Assembly (NCBI RefSeq): GCF_009914755.1 | Contig: NC_060941.1 | Length of the DNA: 64,000 nt | Strand: one strand, 5' to 3' | Source of the DNA: the human T2T-CHM13v2.0 reference genome, Homo sapiens | Shown: positions 31,072 through 51,531 of the stretch, piece by piece | How positions within the stretch are numbered: the stretch's first letter is position 1 | Layout: each line of letters opens with the position of its first letter | Position numbers and translations under genes: made by a program | The notes under the pieces: generated by a model | Seen by the model: the letters and a program-made list of their open reading frames with translations, nothing else | What the model was told of the DNA's origin: nothing | The model's database searches: none

Positions 31072-32520
31072 GCTCTAGATGACTTTATAGAACACCTCAG
31101 GGCTGTTATCAAGTACTTACATACGAAGGATAACTCCATTTGATTATATATTTTATACCCCAAAGGAAAATAAGTTTAAATTTAATTTTAACCAGATGAT
31201 GCCATCTGTATGGAGTCACTCTGTCATTGTGTCCATACTGGCCAGGATGCATTTTAATGAATAGTGTTTGTTTATTTGGTCTTAGCCAAATGAGCAAGGA
31301 CCTGGAGACTGGGAAATTTGAGAAGACATTTAGGAATCACTGGCTTTTCTCTGTTGATGCCACTATGTAAACTAACGATGACGGGGTAGAGAAGATGTGT
31401 GGAATTCCTGTGTGATTCACTGTAACTGTAGTGTGCTAAATGCATGGTTAAGCTAGTGTCAGCATCGTCTTCCTATAAATTACAGATCCCTTCTGTGAGC
31501 AGAACTGCAGATGTTGTATTTTGAAATCTGCTTTAGAGGATATTTTAAGACTTTTAATAAAAGAAAGATGACTAATGTACAAGGGGACTCAAGGGGAAGA
31601 AAAACCCCTTCCTCTGTAGGGTAGCATATTTGGGATTATAATTTTTGTTTTCTTTAGCTTGGTTTCATTTTCAAGTGAATCCAGAAAACACTATTTACTT
31701 TGACAATATTGCTATAAAATTACCATAATATGAGGATACGTTGTCAATCTCAAATATATAAAATGACCAATGTCAGCGAGCATTTATCCTTTTAAGAAAA
31801 TCTATTCTATGAAAATCCAATTTTGTGCAAAAAGTGGGAAATAAATGGAGGCATAACTGTTTGCTCTACAAGACTTGATTTGATTCATGTAAATAGAAAA
31901 TGGTTTTATTACATGTAAAATATGATTTAAATTGGTCAAAATGTCATTTTCAGAAAAGCATACCTTTTAAGCCAGCACTCATTACATAGAACAAGGATTC
32001 TATCTGTGTGCCACAAACAACTTCAAGGAATTTTCTTTGTATGTAATGACATAGGAAGTTTTTCCTTAGCGTTCATCTCAACTACGGTTCCTCAGGAATA
32101 TTGTCTTTGAGTACAAATTATAATGGGTTTATTTTCTAACTAAAGTAGAGTAGTCAGGCTAGTTTATTAGCTAGTTTAGTTCTGACCTCTATGGTTGAGA
32201 ACAGATACAACAGAAATGCTATTATATCTTCAGATCTTATAGAAAACAGATAGCGGAAATGATGAAGTGTACCTGGCTGGCTTTCTGACAATTTGTGTGA
32301 AATGCTTGGCTTTGTAATTTTACATTTCTTTGTAGTCTGATGCCTTGAGTTTATTTATGTAGAAACGTATTTCCACAGACTGCTTATCTGATTTTTACAT
32401 GCTGCTTCACAGTTGTATACTACTTAAGGTATGTAGCTTTATACTTAATCTAAATTGGAATTGGGTTTTTGTGTTATTGTCATTTGGTACATTGGTCAAC
32501 ACTTTATAAATGTTTAACTT
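31072..32520 (+). other. Candidate orphan terminal exon / 3'UTR-like unique sequence
   Basis: TTTGTTTCTTAATTACAG acceptor, 23 codons to TGA (ALDDFIEHLRAVIKYLHTKDNSI*), then ~1.4 kb of AT-rich sequence with no recognisable repeat and AATAAA at 31556 and 31839. Confidence 0.35.
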
Positions 32521-32756
32521 TTTGTTTTGAGTTAATTATAGATTTGCATGTAGTTGTAAGAAATAATAGAGAGACGCCAGGTGTGGTAGCTCATGCCTGT
32601 GATTCCAGTTACCTGGGAAGATGAGGCAGGAGGATCCCTTGAAGCCCAGGAGTTCAAAGATGCAGTGAGCTGTGATGGTCCCACTGCACTCCAGCCTGGG
32701 TGACAGTGAGACCCCATCTGTACAAAGAAAAACAAATAATACAAAGAAATCTCATG

Positions 32757-35520
<2,764 letters not shown>

Positions 35521-35786
35521 CTCTAGGCCCCAGTTTTTTCTAAGTGAAGAGAATTTTAGAATCAATCTCATAGAAGTGTTGGGAGGATGAAGTTAAAACA
35601 AGCAACACATTTAGGATAGGATGTGGCTTATAACAAGCTCTCCATGAATATTAGCTATCATCATTCTTAAGAAAATTACCAAATTAATAGATTTTCTGCT
35701 CCTTCACACTTAATTTAGTAGTTTTTTTCATTTATTTTGTCTTCATTAAAGCAGTTGGCACAAAATTAGTTTGTTGATCTGCAATA

Positions 35787-38107
<2,321 letters not shown>

Positions 38108-39369
38108 TCAGCCTGTTGTTAATGGATGTAAACACCTGTGTGACCACCACCCAGAACCAGATCCAGAACATTTCCAGGCTCTCGAAGACTCCTTCGTGCC
38201 CATCCCAGTCAGAGACCCCCAAGGGTAATGCCATTCTGGCCTGTTGTTCAACTTGACTTGAATGGAATTTTCACAGCATGTGTCTGTTTGGATCTGGCTT
38301 CTTCTGCTCAGTTGCGAGGCCCATTGATGTTTCCTGTGGCCTAGCTCCTTTTTATTGCTGAGGGCCACTCAGTTGTATGAAAACCACAATTCATTCTCCC
38401 TTCTCCTTTGGTGAACATTTGCACTGTTTCCAGCCTGGGACAATGATGAGTAAAGCTGTTAAAAACAGGCACATATGTTTTCCTTTCTCTTGGGTAATTT
38501 TTTAGAAGTAGAAAAGCCAGCCAATAGAAGTAGATATTTGACTGTATTACAACTCACCAAGCAGTTTTTCTTATTTTTTTTAATTTTTAAATTTTTTTTA
38601 GCCAGAGTCTTGCTCTATTGCCCAGGCTGGAGTGCAGTGTCGTGCACTCTCATGGACACACATGGATCCAGATGCCACAGCAGCCTTAGCTGGCCAACCT
38701 TAAAACAACACATTTGTTCTTATAGTGTTGGAGGTCAGAAGGCTAAAATCAAAGTGTCATGGAAGGTGGCCAGCAGGACCGTGGAGCCTCTGAGGCAGTG
38801 GGACACTTTGGCTAAGAGCCACATACTGGCTCTGGCTGGCAGGCAGTCTTGGCCAGCCAGGCTGAGCTCCCCACTGTCGGGGCAAGCCTGGGTGTCCTCT
38901 GGTGATGCTGAGTCCAGAACAAGGCTGTCCACATTCTGGTCCGCAGGGCTCAGCTCTGCTTTCTAGACTTCCAAATAGGAAGAAGAGGGAAAGTTCCCAG
39001 TCTCTGGGCACAACCAAGAACAGAGAGCAAGTTCTGACTCAGCAGAGGGATTGATTCATTCCATGCAAAGAGCTGCACTGCCAAGGCTGACACGAGCCAG
39101 GGACTCAGCACACGGCATCACACCCAGTCCTCTCCAGAACTCTGCCACGTAGTGTTACCATCCTGCCATTCAGAGGAGGGAAGTGGGGCACAGGCAGGTC
39201 AAGCAACTTGGCCAATGTCTGAATTGCTAGTGTACGGAGCTGGGAGGGGAGCCCATGGGGCCATAAATCCAGTGCAAAAATCCGTCCTCCTGAACCCTAC
39301 GGAGCAAAAGTGAGTCCAGTTGTTTTCCTGGGTTTCCTGGACACACAGATCTGAATTTCACAGCAGCCT

Positions 39370-40110
39370 TGGCTGGCCAATCTTAAAACAACAAATTTAT
39401 ACTCTTAATGATTCTGGAGGTCAGATGTTAAAAGGTCAATGTGTCAGCAAGTTTGTTTCCTTCTGGAGGCTCCAGGGGAGAATCTGTTTCCTTTCCTTTT
39501 GCAGCTTCTAGAAGCTACATGCATGCCTTGGCTTATGGGCCCTCCTGCCATCTTTAAAACTGTCAGCTTTGTCCAGGCACATTGACTCATGCCTGTAATC
39601 CAAGCACTTTGGGAAGCCAAGACAGGAGGATCTCTTTAGTCCAGGAGTTGGAGACCAGTCTGGGCAAGAAAGTGAGACCGTGTCTCTACAAAAAAATAGA
39701 AAAAAATTAGACGAGCATAGTGGTGCATGCCTGTAGTCCCAGCTACTTGGGAGGCTGAGGTGGGGGGAATCACGTGAGCCTGGGGAAGTGGAGGCTGCAG
39801 AGAGCTGAGATCACACCACTGCACTCCAGCTTGGGTGACAGAGTGAGATCCTGTCTCAAAAAAAAAAAAAAAAAAAACACAAAACAAACAAACAAAAAAC
39901 CAAAACCAGCTTCTTCTTGCTTCTGTTGTCACATCTGCAGGACTCATTCTCCCGCCTCCCTTTTATAGGATCCTTGTGATCACATTGGGACCACCTGTAT
40001 AATCCAGGACAATCTCCCCATGCCAAAATTATTGATTTAATCACATCTACAAAGTCCCTTCTACAACGTATTCACAGTTTCTGGGGATTTGAATGTGGAT
40101 GTTTCTGGGG
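39370..40110 (-). mobile_element. MLT1-type MaLR LTR fragment split by an AluJ (39570-39905)
   Basis: CTTAAAACAACAAATTTAT...TTCTGGAGGTCAGA...GGCTCCAGGGGAGAATCTG...CACATTGGGACCACC..ATAATCCAGGACAATCTCCC. Confidence 0.7.
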
Positions 40111-40461
40111 GGTGGCCCACTGATAACCAGTGTTATAAGTTTCTTGAAAATCCTTCCAGAGATATTTTATCTATAAATAAATAAATGCAAGTCCATAGCC
40201 TCCCCCCACCCACTTTTTATACAAGTGGCATCATTCCATATCAGTGCTCAGTTCCATCTTCCTCTTTTTCTTTTCTTTTTAAGGCTACACAGAACCTATT
40301 ATATGGAAATACCCTAATTTATTTCACTTTTTTCCTGTTGGAAGACTTTTAAGCTCTTTCCAATGCTTTGCTTTATAATCTTTTGTATTATAATGCTGCA
40401 ACCTATATAATCCTATAACCTTGTTTGTAGGATAACTTTCTATTTAAAATCTCATTTTTCA

Positions 40462-42038
40462 GGCCAGGCATGGTGGTTCATACCTGAAATCCTAGCCCTT
40501 TGGGAGGCTGAGACAGAAGGATCACTTCAGCCCAGGTGTTCATGACCAGCTCTGGCAACATATCAAGAACCTGTCTTTTCAAAAAACTTAAAAATTAGTG
40601 AGGCATGGTGGCATGTACCTATTTGGTCCCAGCTATTCGGGAGGCTGACGTGGGAGGATCACTTGAGCCCAGGAGGTGGTGGCTGCAATGAACCAGGATC
40701 ACACCCCTCACTGCACTGCAGCCTGGGCAACAGAGTGAGAACCAATCTCAAACTAAAATAAAATAATCTTGTTTTTCAGAATTTGAGGGTGCCATTTAAG
40801 ACATTTTGACACTTCACAGAACTTTTTTGGGGAACTTGTTGCCTTGGAGATTAGCCTGTCCTGTCCCACCCCCATGATCTGTACTTCCTGTTTCTCCCTC
40901 CTGGCTTCCTTAATTAAGCCTTGTGTGTACTTGCGAGCCCATGTCCATCACGCTCTGCCTTCAATTCTGGATGCTGTGCTGTGAATACGCTTGAGTGGAG
41001 GCCGCATGCTTTCCAGGAGGGTGTGTATTTTCAGTGTTGTCTCTCATGATAGTATGAAAGGCTCTGGAGGGAATCACAGGCCTCCACAAACAGGCAAGCG
41101 GAAAAATGTTCCACAGACATGTTTCAGGGACAACAGGCTTCCCAATCCTAGGTCGTGCTGGTCCATAACTGGATCAGGCTGACTCTCCCTCCCCGACACC
41201 GCTGGTGTAGACAGGGACAAGAAAGAGAAGTCAGAGACACAAAGAAGCTGTGATTTGCTTGAGGTCACTAAAGTACTTAATGGCAGAGTTCAGACCTGAC
41301 CTGAGGGGCAACAAAAGACACCCCCCTCAAATCCATGGGGAGCAGAGTCTATCTGAATCAGATCCCAGATTTTCTGGGGCTTTCACGATGCCAGGTGTGT
41401 ACACTGAGCTAGGATGGGTTTCCCAGGGTTCTTTGTGGTCACACAACTCAACAATACAGACCAGAAAGCAGTGGCGAGTAGGCTGAATTTGGCTGGTGGG
41501 TGTTTTCTGTTTGGTCTGCACAGTGTTTAACTTGTTATTATAGGAAATTCAAACATGCAGAGAGAATTGTACCATCAACAACACACACCCATCACTCTGC
41601 TCCAACAATGATCAATTCAGGCCTATCTTGCTTCATCCTATACCCTCCCTCGCTTGCTTCCCTTCCCACCCTCAAATATGTGGAAGCAAATCCAGAGATA
41701 CCATTCCATTGCAAATATTTCATTTTGTATCTCTATAATATGGGAATTTGGGGAATTTCATTTGAGACAGGATCTCACTTGGTTGCCCAGGCTGGAGTGC
41801 AGTGGCGTGATTGTGGCCTCAACCTCCCAGGCTCAAGTGATCCTCCCACCTCAGCCTCCCAAATAGCTGGGATTAAAGGTGTGTGCCACATCTGGCTAAT
41901 TTTTTTATTTTTTTGTAGAGATGGGGGTCCCACTATGTTGCCCAGGCTGGCTGGCCTCAAACTCCTGGTCTCAAGTGATTGTTTTGCCTCGGCCTCCCAA
42001 TGTCCTGCAATTATAGATGTGAGCCACTGTGCCCAGCC
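40462..42038. mobile_element. Old Alus (J-like): + 40462-40760, - 41761-42038
   Basis: Diverged Alu consensus. Confidence 0.85.
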
Positions 42039-43510
42039 AGGAACTTTAACATAATCCTTTTTGACAAAAATTTTCCTCTAAGAAATTAGAAAATTTTACA
42101 GAAAAATAAAAATCCAGACTTCTGTCTTCTCTTAAAAATTTGGAAGCTCTGCCAATACTGGGCCCAGATGGCAATCACTGATTAGTACTGAGTAGATGTT
42201 GACTTTTCAGATGAGGGGTGTGACGTCTACTTTGCCACAGTCCCCACCACTCCCCCACCTGGCCATCTCACCCATACACATCACCTGCCTGGCTCCTTTA
42301 GGCATTTAATTTGTGTAGGAAATTGACCTAAAGGAGATATTAGAGAAGACATTAAAAACTTGAAGAATGTGAAAATCAGCCAGGAGATAGAACTGTGCTT
42401 TAATGAGGGTTATAGAACCACACTGGATATGAGGCATTTTGGGAATAAACTTTGAAAATTGGAAGTACCAGTTTGTGAATTTTGCTCAGAGAGATGAAGG
42501 TGGGGGGTGGGTGACAGTGGTGAAGCATCTCCTATGTGCCAGTCTCTTTTACCACAGGCTGTTTCTCACAAAATCATCAATCATATGCAGTAGGAGAAAC
42601 ACCTTTGTATTTTACGGATGAGAAAACTGAGGCACAGAGAGGTGAAATAGGCTTCCCGAGGTCACTCAGGTCATATGAGCAGCAGAGCTAGGATTCAGAC
42701 CTGGAGTTGGCCTGACTCTAAAACGATGCATGCCTCACCATGGCGCATTGCTCCTTTAAAGAGCACCAGAAGAGAGAATTTGACAAAGTGGTTGCCCGTG
42801 GGGCCTGGGATGGGTGGGGAAACTATGCTAGGGCTCTGGGCTGCTGAGGGCCTGAGGGAAGGAATGGGGAGCCCGGGCGCAGAAGTAGAGGAGGGGGCTG
42901 CCCCACGGCTACAGAAGGCATCTGGGAAGACACTTTGCTGAAGGTGGCCAGGAGGGCAAAGGTCACAGTGGCCATTGTTATATGGTGGTGGTGGGGAGAG
43001 GGGGATGGCTTCTTCTTAACCTTCTCGGGTGAGTCGAAGGTTTACCCTCCAGACCCTTGATGGGTCCCTTATGTCCCTTGGACATCCTGAGTCCCCAGCC
43101 AGGGCCCTGGGCGCTTTGCTGGGAGCTTGACATAAGGTCCAGCAGCCCCCATTGCTACCTAATTCCTTAGCAGCCCAGGGTGTCTGCCTGCTACTTCCCT
43201 GCCTGGAAGGAAGGCCTTCTGCCTGGTGCGTTCCTGCTGCAGCCTCCACTGCCTCTTAGACTCTCACACAAGCTCAGCTCCCTGTCGCGTCCTCTCAGGG
43301 CCAGGCTTCTCCTTATCACAAGCTTAGACTGTCTGAGTAACTAATTGGATTTGTGTTTGCCTCCACACAGGACCCTAAGACCCGTGGGGCTGCGACTCCC
43401 TCTGTACTGGTCACAGCCGCACCCTATCCCCTTGCATGGCGCTGTCAAACCCAGGCTGGCCACTGACTAGCGCTGGAGGGGAGCAAACGGGAGGCCGGCC
43501 ACCTGACTGA

Positions 43511-43672
<162 letters not shown>

Positions 43673-44798
43673 TAGTAAACCACTGTGCCTGTGAGCCTGG
43701 GTTAGTTCAAACAGCAACATCCAAGCTCACGTGCCTGGCTCAGGGGAGGCCCAATGCGTCCCTAACCCATGCCACAGGGCAGCACTCCACAGGCACAACC
43801 TGCACCCAGGGGTGCCATTAACCTGGACTCCAGGATGAATGGGGCCCTGGGAGCTGACGGTCTAAGGAGGGCGTGGGATGGTCAGAGTTGGATGATTATG
43901 TTCTGGGTTGAACCTTGCACACTGTGACTAAGAGTTGCAAAAATCAAACTTCCTCTATTTCCCGTAACTGCTCTCATCCACTCTGAAGCTCTCCTTCTGC
44001 TGATGTGAAAATATTGAAAATTGACATTCAAAGTAATTTGGTCTCTTTCAGTTTCAAGGCCTTTTCTGGAAACTACTAAGTCAATTCAACATACTAACAT
44101 TGTATCAGGGCTGTTTCCCACCCCCTCCTCCCTCCCAAGGTGGGCTGTCTGGGAACAGAGAAGAGCTCACATGGCTTCTCAGTGGCTGGGAGGGCTCTAG
44201 ACCCTCACGCAGGCCTGGCTGACCCCTGCCGAGGCACCCTGATTGGGTGACACAGAGGTGTGCAGCTCTCTCCTGGTTGGGTGGGAGACCACAGGGTGGC
44301 TTGCTGAAGTCTGCGGGGCCCACAGAAGAGCCTCTGGACTCATGGTTCTCCCACAGAAGCCTCTCTGCCTCAGTCCCAGGGGTCCTCTCCTTAAGACCTT
44401 CTGGGCCTTGCAGATCCCAACTCAACATCAGTTCGGCCACTAGATTCTTGCTGACCTCCCCCAGGAGATGCCAAGGGCAGGGCGGCCCTGATCCCCCTGA
44501 ACCCTCCAACCAGGGGAATCAGGACCACACCCCTGATCTTCCTCCCCTTCCTCTCTTCCTCTCCCTTGGCCTCCCCTACCTCCCAGCACCAGGAAGGCTT
44601 CCGACTCCCATCCTGTCGAATAGAGACAGATCCTACCTCAGAGGGCCCTCTCCTCTCGGGAGCTTTCTGTCTCTCCCTTCCTTGGGGCAGGAATTTCCAA
44701 AGGACTACAGGGATGAAGCTGAAGGGCTCCAAAAGAAAAAAATACATTCAGAGGTATTTCAAATGTAATCATCTCCATTTATTCATTTATTCATTTAA

Positions 44799-44985
<187 letters not shown>

Positions 44986-45379
44986 TAGAGATGAGATCTC
45001 GCTGTTGCTCAGGCTGGTCTTCAACTTCTGGGCTCAAGTGACCCACCTGCCTTGGCGTCCCAAGGTGCTGTGATTACAGGCGTGAGCCACTGCGCCCGGC
45101 CCCAATTTCACATGCTCTTTACATTTGTTCTCTTCTTTCCCACTTAATCAGGCTTGTGCTAGCCTCCAACAAGTGTCCACTGGCATGGAAGGCTCTCTCT
45201 TCTAGGTGTGCTTAACAACTTCCATCTTTGGTAACAATTGGTAATCACTTTCCAAGACCTATGCTTCTTGTTTGCTAATATCAGCACTTTTCCTTAAGCA
45301 TTTTCTACTTATTTTTAGAAAATCATACTGTAAAGGCAAAATCCAATAATTGCACAAAAACACATTAGGTCCAAATTAG

Positions 45380-45733
<354 letters not shown>

Positions 45734-46299
45734 TGAGCAGGAAACCCCTCCCCACCTCTCACCCCCGGGTCCCCCAGCTCTATCAGGCGAATGGGCTTTA
45801 AGTAATCACCTTGATTGACATTCAGCCAGAGTGATGCTACTATACAGATAACACAATCATTTCCTTGTAAGGTGTTACTCATGGCTGCCTAGTCATCTTA
45901 TACACCTTTATCTGAATCTACAGGTGCACCTGCTGCTTCTTTTACTCTGAAAATAAGAACTAGAGGAGTCATCACGTTGCTGTTTGGTGGTGTGTGTCTT
46001 TGAATTCCAAGCTCATGCCATTCCTCTGCTATCACCACACCTCCTCTCCAGGTGTCTGGTAACATTTATTATTCAGCGACATTGTTCCAGCCTTCATCCA
46101 GGGTCTATTAAGGGTATAGTTTTGTAAGCAAATTGCAAATTACCTTTGCAAGCAGAGTAGGTCTCTGGGCTTGAGAAGCCTGTGGGTAAGTCAGTCCGAG
46201 TATGCTTATCTGAGATAAGGATGTCCCCATCCACTCAGTATGCAACCTGAGGTCACCTCTCCTCTGCTCCCCATGAGCATTTTATGCATATATAAATAA

Positions 46300-46902
46300 T
46301 ACCCCTGCAGCCATAAAAAGGAACGAGATCATGTCCTTTGCAGGAACATGGATGGAGCTGGAAGCCTTTATCCTCAACAAACACAGGAGCAGAAAACCAA
46401 ACACCACATGTTCTCACTTATAAGTAGGAGCTGAACGATGAGAACACATGGACACAAGGGGGGAAACAACACACCCTTGGGCCTGGTGGGGGAGGGAGAG
46501 CATCACGAAGATTAGCTAACAGATGCTGGGCTTGATACCAAGGTGATGGGTTGATCTCTGCAGCAAACCACCATGGCACCCGTTTACCTCGTTAACAAAC
46601 CTGCACATCCTGTACTCATACCCTGGAACTTAAAATCAAAGTTGAAGGGGATGGGCACAGTGGGTCATGCCTATAATCCCAGCACTTTGGGAGGCTGAGG
46701 AGGGCAGATGACTTCAGGTCAGGAGTTCAAGACCAGCCTGGCCAACATGGTGAAACCCCATCTCTACTAAAAATACAAAAATTAGCTGAGTGTGGTGGTG
46801 GGCACCTGTAATCCCAGCTACTCAGGAGGCTGAGGCATAAGAATCACTTGAACCACTGCACTCCAGCCTGGGCGACAGACTGACATTCCATCTCAAAAAA
46901 AA
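46300..46902 (+). mobile_element. L1P 3' fragment (46300-46640) followed by an internally deleted Alu
   Basis: GCAGCCATAAAAAGGAACGAGATCATGTCCTTTGCAGG...AACCTGCACATCCTG; Alu lacks part of the right arm. Confidence 0.85.
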
Positions 46903-47079
46903 ATTGTTCAAGGAAAAATAAATAATAAATAAATGAAACCCCAGGTGAGCTAAGACTAGAAAGACAAACCTACTGCAGGAAACAACCAGAAGAATGAAAA
47001 GTCTAACTGGAGCCCCGTAGAGACTCGGGTTGATGCACTTCGGGTCACACACACGTTCCTGTAACTGGCCCCACACTGA

Positions 47080-47361
<282 letters not shown>

Positions 47362-48481
47362 TAGGCCCAGCTGGGTGGGCCCAAGCCAATCTCCTACCCA
47401 GGTCACTCTGGGGACAACCTCTGCTTCCCTGTCCCAGTACCTGCCCGCCCCTTCTCCTCTGTCACTCTGCCCCTCCTTCTGTGTTACTGTCCCTGTCCGG
47501 AACACCTGCCTTGGTCTCCCAGACTCCTCAGCTGCCCCTTTCTCCTCACCCCTTGATTTCCACCCTGGTTAGGAGGCCATATTGTTCTAGAAAGAACACA
47601 GGCTAAGGAACCAAACTGAATCCAGTTCAAATTCCAAGCTCTGCCATTCATCCTCTGTGGGATCTTAGACAAGCAACTTCACCTCTCTCAGCCTTGGTTT
47701 CTTCATCTGTAGAATGGTCATTGCCTGCCCCCCATGGGTGGTTGTGTGGTTCAGTGAGGAGACAGATATCAGAGGTCACACAGTGGCCCCCCTGGGCCCA
47801 CACCAGGGTCTGTTTGACCTCTGTGTTTTAACAACTTTGAATGTGTTGCCAACATCTAAAAGGTCAGGAGAGTCAGGTATGGTGGTGGAGGTCTGCAGTC
47901 CTGGCTACTCAAGAGGCTGAGGCGGGAGAATTGCTTGAGCCCAGGAATTAGAGTTCTGCCTGGGCAACATAGCAAGACCCTGTCTCCAAAAAACTTTGTT
48001 TAAATAATAAAATAAAATAAAACAAATAAAACTAAAGAAGGTCAGGAGATACCAATACCACGTGAAAAATGGGAAGATTAGGGTATGCTGGGCCCACATT
48101 CCCACAGGGCACCAGCAGCTGGGTGGGAGCTACTATTACCCTTTTGGCATTCGAGGCTGCTCCCTGAGATCAGCGAAGCACACAGTAGGCCCTCAGCAAA
48201 TCTGGGCTTCTCGCCCTTTGGTCCTCATCTCTGACTTTGGTCCCTCTTTCCCTGACTCCCTCCCCTGTGGGTGAATGGGGAGGGAAGAGCTGGAGGGAGA
48301 CCGCACCCCTGCACTGCTCACCAGAGCCTGGCTCTTTCCCATCCCATCTTGGCATGGCCCTAACCCCCTTGCCTCATCCCCCTGCCTGCCTGGTCTCTCC
48401 CTCTTGCCCTTGCCTCTGCCTTTCGGCTTCTCCTTGGCTCTATTAATGCTTCTCCTCACTGCCCGGTGCCTTTTGTTTTAA

Positions 48482-48904
<423 letters not shown>

Positions 48905-50252
48905 TAAGCACTTAAGTTCTTATAAGTGCTTCTTATAAGCAAATCTGATCACACCCTCTCCCTGCTTAAAAATCTTCACAGCCCCCAGCCCTTCAAATAA
49001 AGCCCAAATTCCCCAGCAGGGCATACAAATTCCTCCCAGTCTGACCCCAATCAACCTCGCTGCCTCACCCCCAAACCACAAAGCTCACGCAGCCTCTGCA
49101 GCTCACTCAAGGCCCTCTCGGGCCACCATGTTTTTGCATATGCTGTCCCTGGTCCCGGAAGCATCCTCTGCCAGCCTGCCCCCAGCACACGCCTAATTGC
49201 CCTTCCATGCTCTGCCTAAATGTCGCTCCTCTGGGAGTCCTCCCCGCCTGGAATATTGTTGGACGCTCCCCCATGACCCCACGGAGTCTGTACGTATCTG
49301 TGCCATGCCAGTTCAAAGCACCCCATTGTAACTGTGTTTGCGTTGTCTGTCCCCGTCACTCCACCCCCATCTCCCTATGCCCATGAGGCTTCAGAGGGCC
49401 GGGACTGTGCCTTGTTCATTTGCACTCAGTGAATGAATGTGGAATGTGGTTCACACAGCCAGGGAGAATGGGATACCAGCCAGGGCAAGAACAGTCTACT
49501 GGGTGGGGCAGGATCCAGGACAAGGAGGTGAGCAGCCCTTCCTCTGGCCACTCCAGTAGTGGGGACTGGGAGGAGGGGCGCTTTGTCTATGCAGTCTTCT
49601 TACGGCTCATCACGGTACAGACAGGGCACCTGCCTCCTGCCACGCTGACTTCAGGACTGGTCGAGCCCCAGGGAACATTTGCAGCGCAGCCCAAATTTGG
49701 CCCTGGCCCTGGGGAGGATAGAAAGTGTGCTGGATACAGTCAGACAGAACTGGCTGCCACTTTGGATTTGATGCCTTCCACCTGGGCGAGCTTGGGCAAG
49801 TTGCTTAATCTTTCTAAGCCTCATTACCTCACCAGGGACACAGGAGCTGAGGCTGCTTCCCTCATTGGAAAGCACTGAAACCCAGGAATCAGCCCACAGT
49901 AGGCCTTCAACAAATACCACTTCTCACCTTAGTGGTAAAATATGGCACTGGAAGTAATGCTCTTCGCTGTGGGAGCTACAGAGAGCAATGAGGTCTCTAT
50001 CAAACCCAGCCTCCTCTCTCTCGAGAGGAACCAGTGGGGATACCCTACCCCCCAACCCCAAAGCCCTGTGCACCTGGGGGTAAAAATCTGGGTGCCACGG
50101 GCTCAGGAAGGCTTGCTTGGGAGCAAGAGGGAGGTGGGTGTGTCCGGGGAGGCATTTCTGAGCACAAGAGCCTCCCTGGAGTTTTGCCACCATCTCCTCC
50201 CATTCTGTGGTGCCCGCGATAACCACCATTCTGACTCTCCTCACCCCTCCAG

Positions 50253-50288
50253 CCTCCCGGCGTGTGGCCTGCCAACCCGGCTCCCATT
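50253..50288 (+). pseudogene. LGALS9DP: LGALS9-like exon 6
   Basis: PPGVWPANPAPI, 36 nt, AG/GT. Confidence 0.9.
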
Positions 50289-50805
50289 GTAAGTCTCTTG
50301 CTTTCTTTTTGGATCGTCCTCATTTTGGCTTTTCTGGGCTCATGGAGGAGGCAGGGCCAGGCATTGGGCCTCTCCCATTGGGAGTGGGGAGGGCACAGGC
50401 CAGGCCCTTGACCATCTGCCCGGCCTGGTGAGGTTGGGGGTTGGATGTGGTTGGCTGGCCGTGATGAAACAACCTGAGTTGCCACCCCGTGGGCAGCCAC
50501 GGAAGACCATGCCCCACATTCACTTCTGTCACCTGCAAAGGGAGGCTAGGCTGAGAGACGTTTCCCCGAGAGGAAAGATGGGCCAGAGCCACCAGCGTCC
50601 CCATCTGTCTTCTCCAGGGTTCTAACCTTTGCCCCTCGCTCATCCCCTTGAGAGAAGAGACACCTGGGCCCACCCTCTGTGGGGTCTGTGGGGCCATTGG
50701 GCTTGTTACGCCCCCTGGAGGGTGCCTGCCGTGTGGCGCCCTCTGGTGGGAGCTGGTGGTTTTCACACGTGAGAGCCTGGGTGAGACCTGGTTTCTTTCT
50801 TCCAG

Positions 50806-50856
50806 ACCCAGACAGTCATCCACACAGTGCAGAGCGCCCCTGGACAGATGTTCTCT
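50806..50856 (+). pseudogene. LGALS9DP: LGALS9-like exon 7
   Basis: TQTVIHTVQSAPGQMFS, 51 nt. Confidence 0.9.
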
Positions 50857-51489
50857 GTAAGTCTACAAGTTCTGGTCAGTTCACAGCTGCACAGTGTCCT
50901 CCTTCACCAAGAACTAAATTCCCTAGAGCGCTAGAGTTGGGAAGAAAGCGGTTTAGCAAGGAGGATGGGGACACTAGGGGCTGAGTGCTTGGCTCAGGTG
51001 ACATGTGGCTAAAGCTGTCCTTGGGACAGCAGAGATTCTGGAAGAAGCAGGATTTATCCAGTGGTGGAAGAGGCAAGCCCCCTAGAGACCGGGAGGGAAA
51101 CTGGTCTGTCTGTCACCAAGTGGGGAGTGCAGTGGCCCCAGCACCCGGATGTGAGGTTCCTGGCCCTGCATCCTGGGTCCCCAGGATGTCACTACCGATC
51201 ATAGGCTTAAGCTCTTCTCCTGCTGGTGCAAATCAGGCCGGAAGTTTAGCGTTAGTGGGGCTGCCTGCAGAGGGGTTGAGGGGCAGGTGACCGTGGTGGA
51301 GTCCGGGAACACGGCAGGAAGTTCCAGGAAGGCTAACATGAAAAGGGAGGTGGATGGGGGAGTCCAAGGGCCAAAGGCTCATGAGGTCAGCCTCACAGTG
51401 GAGCCCCTCTAGAATGCATGGGTGCGCGTGGGTGAGTGCTCGCGCACACATGCGCTCTCCCATTGAATTTCCTGGTTTCTTTTCAGCAG

Positions 51490-51531
51490 ACTCCCGCCAA
51501 CCCACCTATGATGTACCCCCACCCCACCTAT
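51490..51531 (+). pseudogene. LGALS9DP: LGALS9-like exon 8
   Basis: TPANPPMMYPHPTY, 42 nt, CAGCAG tandem acceptor. Confidence 0.88.
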
